Assembly (NCBI RefSeq): GCF_006345805.1
Contig: NC_043001.1
Coordinates: 35,836,001-35,900,000 of the forward strand
Source of the DNA: Octopus sinensis
Taxonomy: Eukaryota
Direction of reading: 5' to 3'
Length of the DNA: 64,000 bases
The position numbers and the translations under genes were made by a program. The notes beneath the pieces were generated by a model. The model did no database searches. It was not told where the DNA came from and was given only the letters and a program-made list of their open reading frames with translations. Shown one piece after another: positions 28,007 to 41,081 of this stretch (the first letter of the stretch is position 1; every line of letters begins with the position of its first letter).

Positions 28007-28393
28007 TACTAGCAGTATCGCCCGGCGTTGCTCAGGTTTGTAAGGGAAATAACTATAAAGCATTTTTAGAGAGTTATAGCCAAAAAATAGCAAAAAAATG
28101 GAAAAAAATGATGGTAAATTTTTTTTGAGAGTGAAAAAAGGTGGAGTTGTGTCCCCTAGACAGTTTGCGGTTTGTGTTTCTGATTCTCGACCCCATGTCG
28201 AATTTATCGATTTTTTTCAGAACTGGGGGAACTTTTCAAAATTCTCGCTGCGTTAGTTTTGAATTATGACATTGGGCTATGTGTGTGTCAAGTTTCATCA
28301 GAATCGGTTGAAAGCCGTGGTCAGGGTGAGGGTACAAGCAAACAGACACACAGAAACACGCACAGACAAACTGCCGTTTATATAGAGAGAGAT
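28007..28393 (+). mobile_element. Non-autonomous Helitron-like element (Lep1/HINE-type architecture)
   Basis: 5' actagcagtatcgcccggcgttgctcagg with a subterminal palindrome remnant. 3' aagtttcatcagaatcggttg..ACAG-rich microsatellite..tttatatagagagat. No TSD seen. Confidence 0.6.
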
Positions 28394-29001
28394 ATTAACA
28401 GATGAAATTCATTTCACGTGTTTTAAGTTCGAATATGCAGCGAGTGTTTGTCACATTAATTTGCCTTTTTATATATATACATTCCACAGCATTTTGAAGG
28501 TCGGGGTAGACTGGTGTCCTGTACAGAAGGATGCCGTCTTCTGAGTTTTTATGTTTTACATGACCTGCTAAAATAGCAGCTCGTCTTAAAAAAAGTACGT
28601 TAGATAATGCAGAGTAGGATGTCACACTATGCCTGGAAAATATACGGGTTAATCAGAGGTGAATGCCACTGACCATAGGCCTGCTTACTCAAACTGAGCT
28701 GATACTAAATAACAACAACAAGCAAAAGGAGATTGGATTTCTAGAAACTGAACTTAAGCAGTAGTTGTAATAAACTCAAAATAATTGTGCAATTTTAAGT
28801 TAGAGGCAATACATTTTCGGTATTTACACAAATACAATGAGATCTCGAATATAGTGCACCGCGCAACACACATTTTATATCTGAAACCCATATTGCATTT
28901 TATCAGCTTATCTTTTCTTTTTTAACAGAAGAATATAATGTTACCCAGTCAAGTTTGATTCTGTTTCGTATTAACTTTCTTATTTTCGATTAAATGTAAT
29001 A

Positions 29002-29049
<48 letters not shown>

Positions 29050-29114
29050 GTGTGTGTGTGTGTGTGTGTATGTATATATGTTATATATATATATATATAT
29101 ATATATGCATGTAT

Positions 29115-29146
<32 letters not shown>

Positions 29147-29219
29147 TATATATTGGTAAAAACGGTAAGATAACAAAAGAAAGAAAGAGACCTCAATATT
29201 ATATAAATAGAGGAAATTT

Positions 29220-29413
29220 ATCTGTAAAATAATATGTGACAATTATTCGATAGCCAAGATAAAACTCTGAGTTTCGGATGCCGAGGTGGAAGTATTTCAT
29301 AGCGTTTTTCAGATGGCCAGACAACCAAAGAGATGGTGTTGTGGATTTCCACCTCGGCATGCCCAGAGTTTTATCTTGGCTATTGAATAACTGTCACATT
29401 TTATTTTACAGAT
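29220..29413. repeat. Fold-back inverted repeat (MITE-like)
   Basis: Arms 29220-29269 and 29364-29413 (50 bp, 3 mismatches), plus an inner perfect 14-bp pair at 29278-29291/29347-29360. Confidence 0.9.
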
Positions 29414-29440
29414 ATATATATATATATATATATATATACT

Positions 29441-29657
29441 CTTTTACTCTTTAATTTGTTTCAGTCATTTGACTGCGGCCATGCTGGAGCACCACCTTTG
29501 ATCGAGCATTTCGACCCCGGGACCTATTCTTTTTGTAAGCCCAGTAATTTTTCTATCGGTCTCTTTTGCCGAACCGCTAAGTAACGGGGACATAAACACA
29601 CCAGCATCGGTTGTCAAGCAATGCTAGGGGGACAAACACAGACACACAAACAAACAA

Positions 29658-29699
<42 letters not shown>

Positions 29700-29875
29700 T
29701 ATATACATATATACGACAGGCTTCTTTCAGTTTCATCTACCAAATCCACTCACAAGGCATTGGTCGGCCCGGGGCTATAGCAGAAGACACTTGCCCAGAT
29801 GCCACGCAGTGGTACTGAACCCGGAACCATGTGGTTGGTTAGCAAGCTACATACCACACAGCCACTCCTGCGCCT
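29441..29875 (-). mobile_element. SINE family B, full length
   Basis: Near-identical in layout to 6844-7263. Confidence 0.85.
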
Positions 29876-31689
29876 ATATATATATATATTATATATATAT
29901 ATAATATATATATATATATAATGTTTTCCACTAAAGCCTGGGAAGAGAACTGACTGATATGGCAAAAAAGTAACCGTATTACACACACACGGGCACGGAT
30001 GCACACACACGTTTGCATGTTTATATATTTGTCTAGTAAATATGAGTAAGGCTGGATGTATTAATGCATAATCAGTTATCTGAGTGTACGTATGCATACA
30101 CGCACACACACACACACACAAGCGAATATTTTAAGATGTTATTTAAAACCCCACCACTATGAAACAGACACAGAAAAATATTTTGCACAAAACCGTATAT
30201 AACTTTCTACTTTCTTTTGCTACTTCCAGGTTAAACTTCGAAATTTAAGTGAGAATTAATTATTTCACAAGTTGCTGCAATTGTCCGCTTTGCTGACTTT
30301 CTGTGTTAATTCTCTTCCTTCTGATATTTCATTGTCCCCCAAATATTTATATATTTATTTATTTATTTATTTGTATTTTTCTGATGCAAACAACTCCTTC
30401 ACCTACAAAAAATATTTTCCTGCATTGAAGCAAAGAAATTAAATTCGATTCTAAACAATTTTACTTTTTTTTTTTTTTTTCCCTTCTGAAATATTTCATT
30501 CCTCTTTACCCTTGATTTGAAGAATTCCTTTAAAATGGATTATTCATCTAAATCTTATCTGTAATTTTTGCGTTGGTTAAGAATTTTAATTAAGAGTAGA
30601 CGAAAAGGAGAAGCAGGTAAACGTGTTTCGTTGCTTTCCTATTAAAGACATGTCAAGGAAGTCTGTTATGCTTGTTTTCGCTGCTTTTCTTTCTTTTTTA
30701 CTTTTATAATGCATTGGGCATTATCTTACTGAACGGGACTATATTACTGTGTTGTTTCTTTAATTACGTGTCTCTGAAAATATGCCAGCTGGCGCCTTTA
30801 ATAAGAGCTTAGATCGGATGAAAAAAAAACTGAACAAATTTGAAAAGAATTTTCAAGTGCTCTGCGCAATTTCATATCTTCAACGAAACACACAATGTAA
30901 CATTCGAAACTCCAATGTCTTCGTTACTGAAACAAATCAATGAAACAAGATTTCCCAGCACTTCTAGAAGAACAAGGCTCGGATTCTCTTTTCCTAACAA
31001 TTTTCTTCTCCACCAGGTCTTAATAAATAGAGCCTCGGACGTAAAAATAATGATTATCAGCTCATATCCTATTTACTGATAAGAAAAATTTTCAAGCCTT
31101 TAAAAAATTCATTCAGCATTTTTATTCCATAAGTTTGCTCTTAAGAGATTGAAAAAAAGAACTAAAATGTTTTTTTCGTTGTGATAAGCCAGACAATTAT
31201 TTACAAGTCTCGCAATGACAGAAAATTTTCTTTAACTCCCCAACTGCAAATGTATACATTATTTTTTCTCTGAAACTTGCTTCGTGCTAGCGATTTATTT
31301 AAACGTCAACTTTTAATAACAAAAGAAGAAATCAAAACCGAACAAAACATTTCCACAGCCCAGAATTTAAGAGAGTTAAAATATTTGACAGCTTCCCCAC
31401 CCACTTACAAATAAGAAAAAGAAAAGAATCAGACGAACAGTAAAAAAATGTACAATAAAGTTGATGTCAAGCCAACAAATGGGTATTTGAATGCTAGATT
31501 TTTTTTCGTTTTTTTACTTTATTAGTTCTCGATTGGAGACAGCCATTAGTGTTTAAAATTTCCTGGTTGTTTAAATAGTTTATATAACCTTATCACAAGT
31601 CCAGCAGTATTTTATCTTATTTTTTAAATCGTGGGACAATTTGTGTTTGGCGCTATGATCATGAGGAACATTGCAATAATCATATTCAT

Positions 31690-31850
31690 CATGTTGTTGT
31701 TCTCCCATGATATTATTAACACGATCACCATAGTCATGATAATGATCATGATCATTATCATAATAACGACCACTGCCACCACCACCACATTCACCGCCAT
31801 CGCTTTCTCGGTCACAACTCTTCCTCCTTTATCATTATGATCATCAACCA
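31690..31850. repeat. Degenerate (ATC)/(ACC) trinucleotide tract
   Basis: atcatgatcattatc..accaccaccac. Explains the ORFs at 31624-31875. Confidence 0.75.
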
Positions 31851-33439
31851 TTGCATTCACGGACGTGTTTGACAACTTAACTCCATTCTTTCCGATTCTG
31901 TTCTTGTGACACCATTTATTGATCGGATGTGTGTGTTAGTGATATTTTGAGTTCGAAGATGTTACCTTGTAATGGGAACAACCTTATTATTAATATCCCA
32001 GAAGCTTGGCTGTTGCGTCAAAGAACCATCGCAAGTGAAACTATTTATAGTTTCTATTTCTATTTGCTTTTTTTGTTCTTTCTTTTTTGATATTTATCAA
32101 TGGCCATTAGATTATCATACGCGACAAAAGCCTCTTTTAGTCAGGTGTTTGTGCCAAACTAGCTGAAGGAAAAATTCAGTTTTTCTTTTACTTGAGAAGA
32201 AATTAAAAGGATCTCACAATAGTAACTTAAAACTCCGCATTGTAGTTTGTTGTACTTCACCCTTAATTTCTCTTCGGCAACCCGAAATTAAGAAATTTGA
32301 AGTAGTAACATATACTAAAATTCATAAACTCAGATAGATACCCCGGTGTAACCACATATATTAATAATACATAGGAAAGGCTGCTTTCCAAATATTAACC
32401 TTCTTCCTCTGGTACAGAAAATTACTTCCAGCTCTGACAAGTTACAGATCTTCAAAAAATATCCATCAAACCCACAAAAGAATATTGCTTCTACACCTGG
32501 GAAACTTTAGGGAAGATCACAAAACTTAACATTTTTTAAGGGAAGATCACTCGACAGAATAAGAAACATAGAATACAATTTCTTATTATCCACAGACAAA
32601 CACTTCGAGCTTCTCTTAGTATATATTGCTCAAGTACGTCCGTTATTCACTAGAATTAGCTACTTTCATGTCACCTCTACTATAGTCAAATTTGATACAC
32701 CTTTCCCTCGTTCACACCCATCAAGGTGCCTCACTCCCATACATCACACTAACCAGTATACCCAAATCCGTTTTTCTCATTATGTCAACACTGTAGCATT
32801 CCTTATCTCGTACCTACTTTTCCAGTAAACGTTGACTTAGTTCATATATGCAAACTAAACACTAAACGTGTTGATGTCGGTATTTTCGACATGTAGAAAT
32901 CAAGGGCTGTCTCTTCACTATAATTAAACTATACATAAATATAAAATAAAATAGATCCTGTCAGAGTACTCACACACAGACACACATATATTTAGAACGG
33001 GAGCTGATTTTGTTTAACCTAAAGCGGGGTGAATCGAGCTTACTTTTTATCATTAGCCCACAATCTGGTTTAGTCTAGCTTTTCATCATTATTAATATAT
33101 CTTTTAAATGAGGAGAGCTTGCACCTGGAAAAACAGAAAACCTCTTCTGAAATCATGAAACTCTAATGAAAGTATACTGCATGATACAAGGATGCAATAT
33201 ACACAGATAAACCTATTATACACATATAAACGCCCACACATGTTCGGGGATTAAAAGTAATCAGAATTGAATACGTAAAGTTGGGTATGTATTAATATAT
33301 GTGTGTTTGTGTATGTATACACGCACACACAAAGCAAGCGGGGCATTATAGTTGCACATACATATATATGCATACAAACTCATAAATAATACACACGTAT
33401 AATACAGATGGGGATGTACTTGCATAGAAAGTGACTTGA

Positions 33440-33872
33440 TCTGATATCGTGTGCTGAAACACTACCTTTTAGTCGAAGAAATCGACTCCAGGACTTATTC
33501 TTTGTAAGCCCGGTACTTTTTCTATCGGTCTCTTTTACCGAACCGCTAGATTACGGGGACGTAACCACACGAGCATAGGTTGCCAAGCGATGGTGGTGGG
33601 ACAAACAGACACAAAAATACACATGCGTAAATATATACATATACATATACGACGGGCTTCTTTCAGTTTTCGTCTGCCAAATCCAATCACAAGACTTCGG
33701 TCGACCCGAGGCTATAATAGAAGACACTTGCTCAAGGTACCACACAGTGGGACTGTACACGGAACCATGTAGTTAAATCAACCTTGGCAGAATTTGAATT
33801 CGGGACGTAAAGACGGACGAAATGCTGCAAAGCATTTTGCCCGGCGTGCTAACGGTTCTGCCAGATCGCAAC
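33440..33872 (-). mobile_element. SINE family B copy (33440-33770) abutting a family A head (33775-33872)
   Basis: Family-diagnostic motifs are present in both parts. Confidence 0.75.
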
Positions 33873-34329
33873 CTGAACATCATGCTAAAATATTGATAAC
33901 GTTAAAAACTTAGCTGAACTTTAAAGGTTGTCTATGCATTAGAAACATACAGAAGAAAGGGCTATAAATATTACATTCGTCAATCTACCATCGATAAAAT
34001 ACACGTCAGTCAGTATCGACATTGAGATCAGTTGATTTTACGGTTCCTTCACAATTATACGGTTCCTTGGTAAAAGGCTCGTTCAGGAAAGGAACATTTT
34101 AACAAGTCACAATCGCTACTGCGATAATGATTTTACTTCACTTTCAAAGTACACCTGTCATAATACATTATCCCACCTGCATATACATTTCGTTATAAAT
34201 ATATGTGTGCGTGTTGTCTGTGTGTGTGGTTGTGCATGTATGTTTGTGTTTATATGTAGACATATATATATATATATACACACATAATTGTGTGCGCGTG
34301 TATATATATGTGTGTGTGTGTGTGTGTGT

Positions 34330-34620
34330 GCGCGCGCGCGCGAGGAGGGCCAGAGAAAGTATTTGCTAATCAAAGCGTTTACTAGGAGCTCAGTTTAACT
34401 TTTATTCATTTGTGTGTGTGTGTGTGTTTGTATAGTGTGCGTGTATGTGCGTTTGTGTGTGTGTGCCGCGCGCGCGCGAGGAGGGCCAGAGAAAGTATTT
34501 GCTAATCAAAGCGTTTACTAGAGCTCAGTTTAACTTTTATTCATTTGTGTGTGTGTGTGTGTTTGTATAGTGTGCGTGTATGTGCGTTTGTGTGTGTGTG
34601 TGTGCGCGCGCGCGCGCGAG
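34330..34620. repeat. Tandem duplication (period about 136 bp) bounded by (GT)n(GC)n
   Basis: Core gaggagggccagagaaagtatttgctaatcaaagcg at 34342 and 34478; copies differ by a 1-bp indel and by microsatellite lengths. Confidence 0.9.
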
Positions 34621-34744
34621 TGTATGTTATTGGAACTGAATTATTTTTTATCTACACTGCAATCACAAATGCATGCAATGCATATATGAATAAATATATA
34701 CATAGATGCATACGCACACACACACACACGCATATATATATATG

Positions 34745-34785
<41 letters not shown>

Positions 34786-34899
34786 GAATATATGCATACG
34801 TTTGTATATATATATTATTTATAAATATATATCATACACAGTAAATATATTTGCAATATATTTCATATACTTATATATATGAGAGGGAAGATTTTTCGC

Positions 34900-35018
<119 letters not shown>

Positions 35019-35786
35019 TAATATTTAAAATTCTCAAAATCGTCGAGAGATATAGCATCAAGTAGATACTCAACTGTTTGAAATATTTGCCAAAAGAGCC
35101 AGCAACTTAAACGTACTTGTTAGAATAAGTTCTTTTTTTTAAAATTCATACATACATACATACATGCATGCATACATACATACACACACACGTATGTGAG
35201 TGTGTGTGTGTGTGTGTGTGTAAAAACTGGCATAGCGTATAATTTCAAGTACACCAGTAGTTTAGTTGCCAGATATATTTGCCAAAATGATCATCAAAGT
35301 TGAAGAACTATCATATTAAGGAATTGTTGATGATATAACATATAACCATGTGAAACGACCGGGCTGTTTTCAAAAGCCATATAACAGATTATAAGAAAAT
35401 ATCTATTTATATCGAATTTATTCTCGATAGACATATAATCATATAAAGTTATGATAATTATTGATATAGAATATAATCGATAATGCCTTGATGAAAACAT
35501 ACTCATATTTCTGTAGTATTTTATTCAAATCTTAGTTGATGATGAGTCATTATTATAATGGCACTTTACAGTAGCAACTAATTAACGAAATAATTACCAA
35601 ATACAAAAAAAAACGACCTTTTGACTTCAGCTATCAGGATATTGTATACATAAATCTGCTTATGAGAATTAACTGTCACACCACAATTATTTTAGAAATA
35701 TTTCCAGACAAGTCGTATATTTTGAGATGCACACTCACACACACACACACATATAAATATATATATATATTCTTTAATATTTACTC

Positions 35787-36212
35787 GTCGGGGTTTCAAT
35801 TTCCACCGACGTCGACTGTGTCTTTCATCCATTAAAATAAATGGTAAAATAAGCACCGTGTGGAGGCGCGTGGCTTAGTGGTTAGGGTGTCAGCATCATG
35901 ATCGTAAGATTGTGGTTTCGATTCCTGGACCGGACGACGCGTTGTGTTCTTGAACAAAACACTTCATTTCACGTTGCTCCAGTCCACTCAGCTGGCAAAA
36001 ATGAGTAACGCTGAGATGGACTGGCGTCCCGTCCAGCTGGGGAACACATACGCCATTGAAACCGGAAAACCGGACCCATGATCCTGGCTAGGCTTTAAAA
36101 AAGGCGCATTTATTTTTCTATTTAAAATAAGCTCCAGCTGAGCACTGGGGTTGATGTAATCGACTTGCTCGCTCCTCCGAAATTGCTGGCCTTGCGCCAA
36201 AATTCGAAACGA
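35787..36212 (+). mobile_element. SINE family A (A2 tail) interrupted by a family C-related SINE (about 35860-36108)
   Basis: The inner element has a tRNA-like head (tggcttagtggttagg..ttcgattcc) and gatggactggcgtcccgtccag. A 10-bp direct repeat taaaataagc flanks it at 35845-35854 and 36123-36132. Confidence 0.75.
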
Positions 36213-36282
36213 ATACTTACTCGTCGGTAGCATAGCAGTAAGTATATCCAACTGTCAAGCAGGAGACTGGTTTTCTATTTCC

Positions 36283-36448
36283 TACCGCGAGCGTGGCAGT
36301 GTGGTAAGAACCGCATAGGCTCGGCTTCAGTCTTACTGTAAAGCATCTCGGGCAAGTGTTTTCTACTATATCTACGAGCTGACCAAAGTCTTTTGAATGG
36401 ATTCTGCAGACGGAAACTGAATGAAGCCTGTTGCATGCATGTGTATAT

Positions 36449-36488
<40 letters not shown>

Positions 36489-36835
36489 TAGGGGGAGAAT
36501 TCACAACAAAACAAAAGACGAAGACAGGTGGTGTAGACAACAAACAGATGTATTAGTATAACGCTCGGGGAGTGAAAAAAATCTTTAACGTTTCGAGCCT
36601 ACGCTCTTCCACAGAAAGTAACACAAGGAGAGAAAATAAAGAATGTTTAGTGGCTAGCGATCTGTGCGTTTATGTGTTTGAGCTTGTTCCTACCGCCGCA
36701 TAGCAAAAGAGATCGATGAAGTACTAGTCATAGAAAAAATAGTATAATTGATTTGTTCGACTAAATTCTTTAAGGCGGTACCCCTGCCCCAGCATGGCCG
36801 CAATCATATAACTGAGACTATTAAGAGATAAAGGA
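36283..36835 (+). mobile_element. SINE family B carrying a nested hammerhead-motif element (about 36490-36663) in its central (TA)n
   Basis: The family B 5' half ends at the (CA)/(TA) tract and the 3' half resumes at about 36664. The insert resembles 45902-46090. Confidence 0.75.
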
Positions 36836-38639
36836 AATATTTGATGCTTAGTATCATCACTAGATTGCGTGTTTTCTACAAGAGTGGCTCTATTTTCCAT
36901 ATATGTTAATCATCTTTGAAAGTTTATTTCGTTGCTTGGATCTAGTACAAGTCTCTTAGCTTACCTTTATCCCGACTCATTCTCACATTGATCCTAAGAA
37001 TTGTACTCTCTTTTTCCCTTTCTCTCCCTCTCCACCTCTCCATGTCTCTTCACTTTCTCTATCTCTCAGTCACACAATACCTCTCTCCTTCTATCACCTA
37101 TCATTTTGTGAATTCTACACTTTTTTTTAAATTTTACCCTTAATCTCACTCTTTCATATCCGTCGCTCCTCACCTATCCCAATTCGAAACCACTACCGAT
37201 TATCACCAACAAACAGATATGTTTTTGTTCCGTTTTGTTTTATGTAATGTTTTTTTTTTCCGTGCTTCATATCTAACAGATTTGCTACTTTTAGTGAGAG
37301 AAGTTTGTTTATGTCTGATATATAAAACAATATGGTCCTATGACCTTCTGTACAACCTATGGTGTTTACCAAAGTAGTAGGTTGCTGCTGCAAGACGGAT
37401 AACATCAAATACTTGGCAATGCAGTATTAATCAAAGAGTTTCTTAACGAAAAAAATCTATGTACAAACCTTCACCATATATTCAATTATTCAATTGAAAA
37501 CGTTCGTGTTTGTGTGCGTGCATATGTGTATGCATACGTGCTTTTATATATTTGTGTGTGTGTGTGTGTGTGGTGTGTGTGTGTGTGTGTGCGTGTATGA
37601 GTGTGTACACATACACACGCATATTTATTGACAGACTCCATATACATGTATATATGTATATATATGTACAAATATCGATACACTCACACATATACCGATG
37701 CACATATGCATTTAGATATATACACACTCATACATACATATATATATACACTCATAAATATATATATAGATGAAATTATATATATATATATATATATATA
37801 ATTTCATCTAAGATTTCAATGGACCCAATATTAAATGTCTGCTAATAAATATGGTTTTCAAATCTATATCTCTCTCTAAAGTTCACGTCTGAGTAGGTGT
37901 GTATCTATACACTTATGTGCGTGTACGTCTACAGAAACTGATTCATATATAAACCACCTCGCTTCCCACCTCAGGTAATTTCAATTCTTACAGGGAATAC
38001 TTAATGATATATAGCCACAAAGAAAATTTGAATCTTTCAAAGCCTTGTATTCGAATAAATAAAGAGGTTCAGGGCTAAATGTCCAAGCTACTTTCATTGA
38101 AACCATTGATGGCTTTTAGTCGAACTGCAGTCATCTATATGAAAGCCATACTATCTGATATACCTCTCTAATAAATTAAAGATTGGTATGAACTGCTAAT
38201 ATTGATGCTAGTGTTGTTATTTTTGTTGATCTTGTGAAGCTCTGGCTACTGTTGTTACGAGATATGCATATAATTTAGTAATGGACTCTGCAAAACTAGA
38301 ACTACCCGGCAATTTAGACTTCCGGTTAGGACAGAAGGTTGTTGAAGGGTTACAAACAGGCCCCATCAACAGCTTAGATAGCACTTCCCGAGGAATATGG
38401 GAAACATCGAGTTCATCTTCGACTGACGGGTGCTCGCAGACAGGTTTACAAGATCTAGTCGATAGAGAGAGTATCCGTGTATAAAGGGGTCGGGTATGTA
38501 GTTTCTCAAGTTTGTTTTGGTAGGATACTCTTTGGTTTTTACTTAGGTGAATGAAACTTTGAGCTCTTTCAATATTTGTACCAGTTTTGCTTCACATCGC
38601 TCTGAAGGACATATATTATGCACATATTTCATAACCCTT

Positions 38640-39720
38640 TGGAATGCATATCGCCAATTAAATTAAAAGATATAATATAAGAATAAATAATAAGATTTTA
38701 GTTGTCTTACTGAGTATTTTCACTCGCGTACCGAGTGCATCTCTGTGAGTTTCGAATATGTTCAGTATTTTGTTTGCTTGTTCATTTTCTGCGGTGCTCC
38801 AATTTACTGTGTTACGCATATTTCTGAATCTTGAGATTTTATTTACGAAACTTATCTGCAAGTGTTTTAATGGTTCATAATCTACCTATTATAATAGGGA
38901 CTATCCCTTTTTACAGGCGTCACATCCTAGTTATCTCAGTTTTCATATCTATTTCAGTAAGGAAGTTTTTCCTTTTAAGGATTTGTTGACAATAATATCT
39001 GACCTATCAGTCGTAATCTCTTTAGAGTGGCATGTGCTACAGTATGGTCAATGTTTCTTACCCTGAGATCTTTGCACTATCATTTTTGGGCTGGTATCTT
39101 CGTAATGCAAGCATAGATTTCAGTGTATGACAGTTCCTATTCTATAATTGCCGTAGATGTACACTTCCTTGGCTCAGCAATTTCTTGGCAACCAGTGACA
39201 ATTTTGTCAACCGTTTTCCCCCAACTTCCACATACACTCTGTAGCTATATAATACATTTTACTGGTTGTGTTTTCTGCTAGGAAAAATTTGATATTATGC
39301 TACGAGAGAATCATTGTTTCAGCTTGAGCCTGGCATTTCATAAGTCTGTGCTGCAATTTTTTATTTTTTTGTCTAATTTCACTTTATTCAGTTTTGTTAG
39401 ATATTAGTCATGCAGAGGCTATTCTAGCCATAGCTTTAATATAGAATTCTATGGCCCCATTCTCAGATTAGTTCCAAACATTTTCACAAACTCTGTTATT
39501 GTTTCTCTTTTCTCTTCACAATAATCTATATTTTACTTCATCCAGATCTGTTTCAATAAAGACTTTAAACAGATTTTTGTTCAGTGCGTGTTTGTAGTTG
39601 CTTGCATTAACTTTCTATTATTCTATAATAGATATAGTTTTAATCATACAAAGTGGATTTGTATGAAGCTATCGAACTGGAATCCCAAATTTCCATTACT
39701 ATTTCAAACTTTTTCAAAAA
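38640..39720 (-). mobile_element. Highly decayed RLE-type non-LTR retrotransposon (R4/Dong-like), C-terminal region
   Basis: Interrupted translation: WLE*PLHD*YLTKLNKVKLDKK (cf. WxEKPLHGQY), CGSWGKTVDKIVTGCQEIA (CCHC knuckle remnant), ITTDRSDIIV (cf. RPDI of the RLE), ETHRDALGTRVKILSK. Confidence 0.7.
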
Positions 39721-39846
39721 ACCTACATCACTTGTGACCTTTTGAAAAGCATAAACATTACAGTTTCCTTAAATCCCACTACGAACCTAAGAATTTGTTT
39801 CTATGCTATAAAGGAAAAAATAAAAGCGAAAAGAATCGTTATTTAC

Positions 39847-39982
39847 CTGAATTTGTTTCTGTACCATAATATTGATGGTACCGGGTTTCCTTGAATGACA
39901 CACCGCAGAATAACGTCTGATCCTGCTGTGATTTGATTTCGAGCTGGACGTTTCAGAATCACATTTGCTGTCTCATTGATCC
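39847..39982 (-). CDS. PTK7: Internal coding exon (136 bp, phase 1 to phase 2), N-terminal half of an Ig-like domain of a PTK7/off-track-like receptor pseudokinase
   Basis: Acceptor ttctatttatAG and donor GTaaat. Reads (x)GG-INETANVILKRPARNQITAGSDVILRCVIQGNPVPSILWYRNKF-AG with no stop. Matches by eye human PTK7 Ig2 WIEAGPVVLKHPA...VTLRCHIDGHPRPTYQWFRDG, including the B-strand Cys and C-strand Trp. Too short for the ORF track. Confidence 0.9.
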
Positions 39983-40842
39983 CTATAAATAGAAATCAAG
40001 ACGAAAAACTATAAAATGTAGCCATTTAAACGGTTCATAGCGCGCGGCTGAAAAGAATATATGTCAATCACAATGGTACTTTTGTGCAAAGTGAATTTGC
40101 TATAACAAATAGACTACAAAGTACTTACTTATAGAGATGATGGATATAAAGTATTGTTTATTTACAAGGAGACAAAAAACATTTTTGTCAGGGACCACGA
40201 CTGATAAACAGAGCATATATTCTATTAGCAAAAAGCAATGGCAACAATGTAATATATACAATTTATTATTTTGTGACATTCAGGTGAGAAATAACACCTG
40301 TAAGACGACGGAGTAGTATTACGCTTGCAATATTATTGAGGACAACACCGCGGGGGACTGGCTGATTCAGCAGAGCTTAGAACAACATGCCTGTTGTATC
40401 GTGATCTAATCCCGGCGAGGTCGATTTTCTTTTCATTTCGCGGTCGATAAGATATGTGCCAATTATTGCTGTTGTTGTCAAAGCCCCCAGATTAGCTCCA
40501 ATTAATGAGCTCTACAACCAAGGGCATACCAGCCACGATCATTCCGTATCTGTGTATATCTGTAGGTACATACAAAGCTGAGTGGCTAAGAAGCTAGTTT
40601 CGTAACGACGTGATTCTGAGTTTGAATCCATCACTCAACACCCTAGGCAAGTGCTTTCTACCGTAACCTCGGCTGGGCAATATTTTATGGGTTGAATTTG
40701 GCTGACAGAAAGTGTACAGACGTCCGCCATGTGTTTGTTTATGTACATGCGCTTAGTTTTTTTTAATACTGTAGAAAAGAGCGTCCTTAACAACAGCAAT
40801 GAAATTAGTCACTCTATAAAAAATATCTATAGAATGAATACC

Positions 40843-41081
40843 TATTTCTATTTCTTTATTGTCCACAAGGGGCTAAACATAGAGGAGACAAACATGGACA
40901 GACATAGGTATTAAGTCGATTATATCGACCCCAGTGCTTAACTGGTACTTAATTTATCGACCCCGAAAGGATGAAAGGCAAAGTCGACCTCGGCGGAATT
41001 TGAACTCACAACGTAACGGCAGCCGAAATACCGCTAAGCATTTCGCCCGATGTGCTAACGATTCTGCTAGCTCGCCGCCTT
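40843..41081 (-). mobile_element. SINE family A monomer with 11-bp TSD
   Basis: Full head to tail ending in (aaatag)2. Exact TSD gaatgaatacc at 40832-40842 and 41082-41092. Confidence 0.9.

Noticed and set aside
32600-32830. Minus-strand ILVSVMYGSEA resembling the RTE LLYGSETW motif
   Set aside because: A single short motif with unconvincing flanks; too weak to call without a search.
35862-35935. Possible tRNA gene (also 10303-10375 and 5305-5380)
   Set aside because: Box A and B are present but there is no complete cloverleaf or acceptor stem, and each continues into a SINE body.
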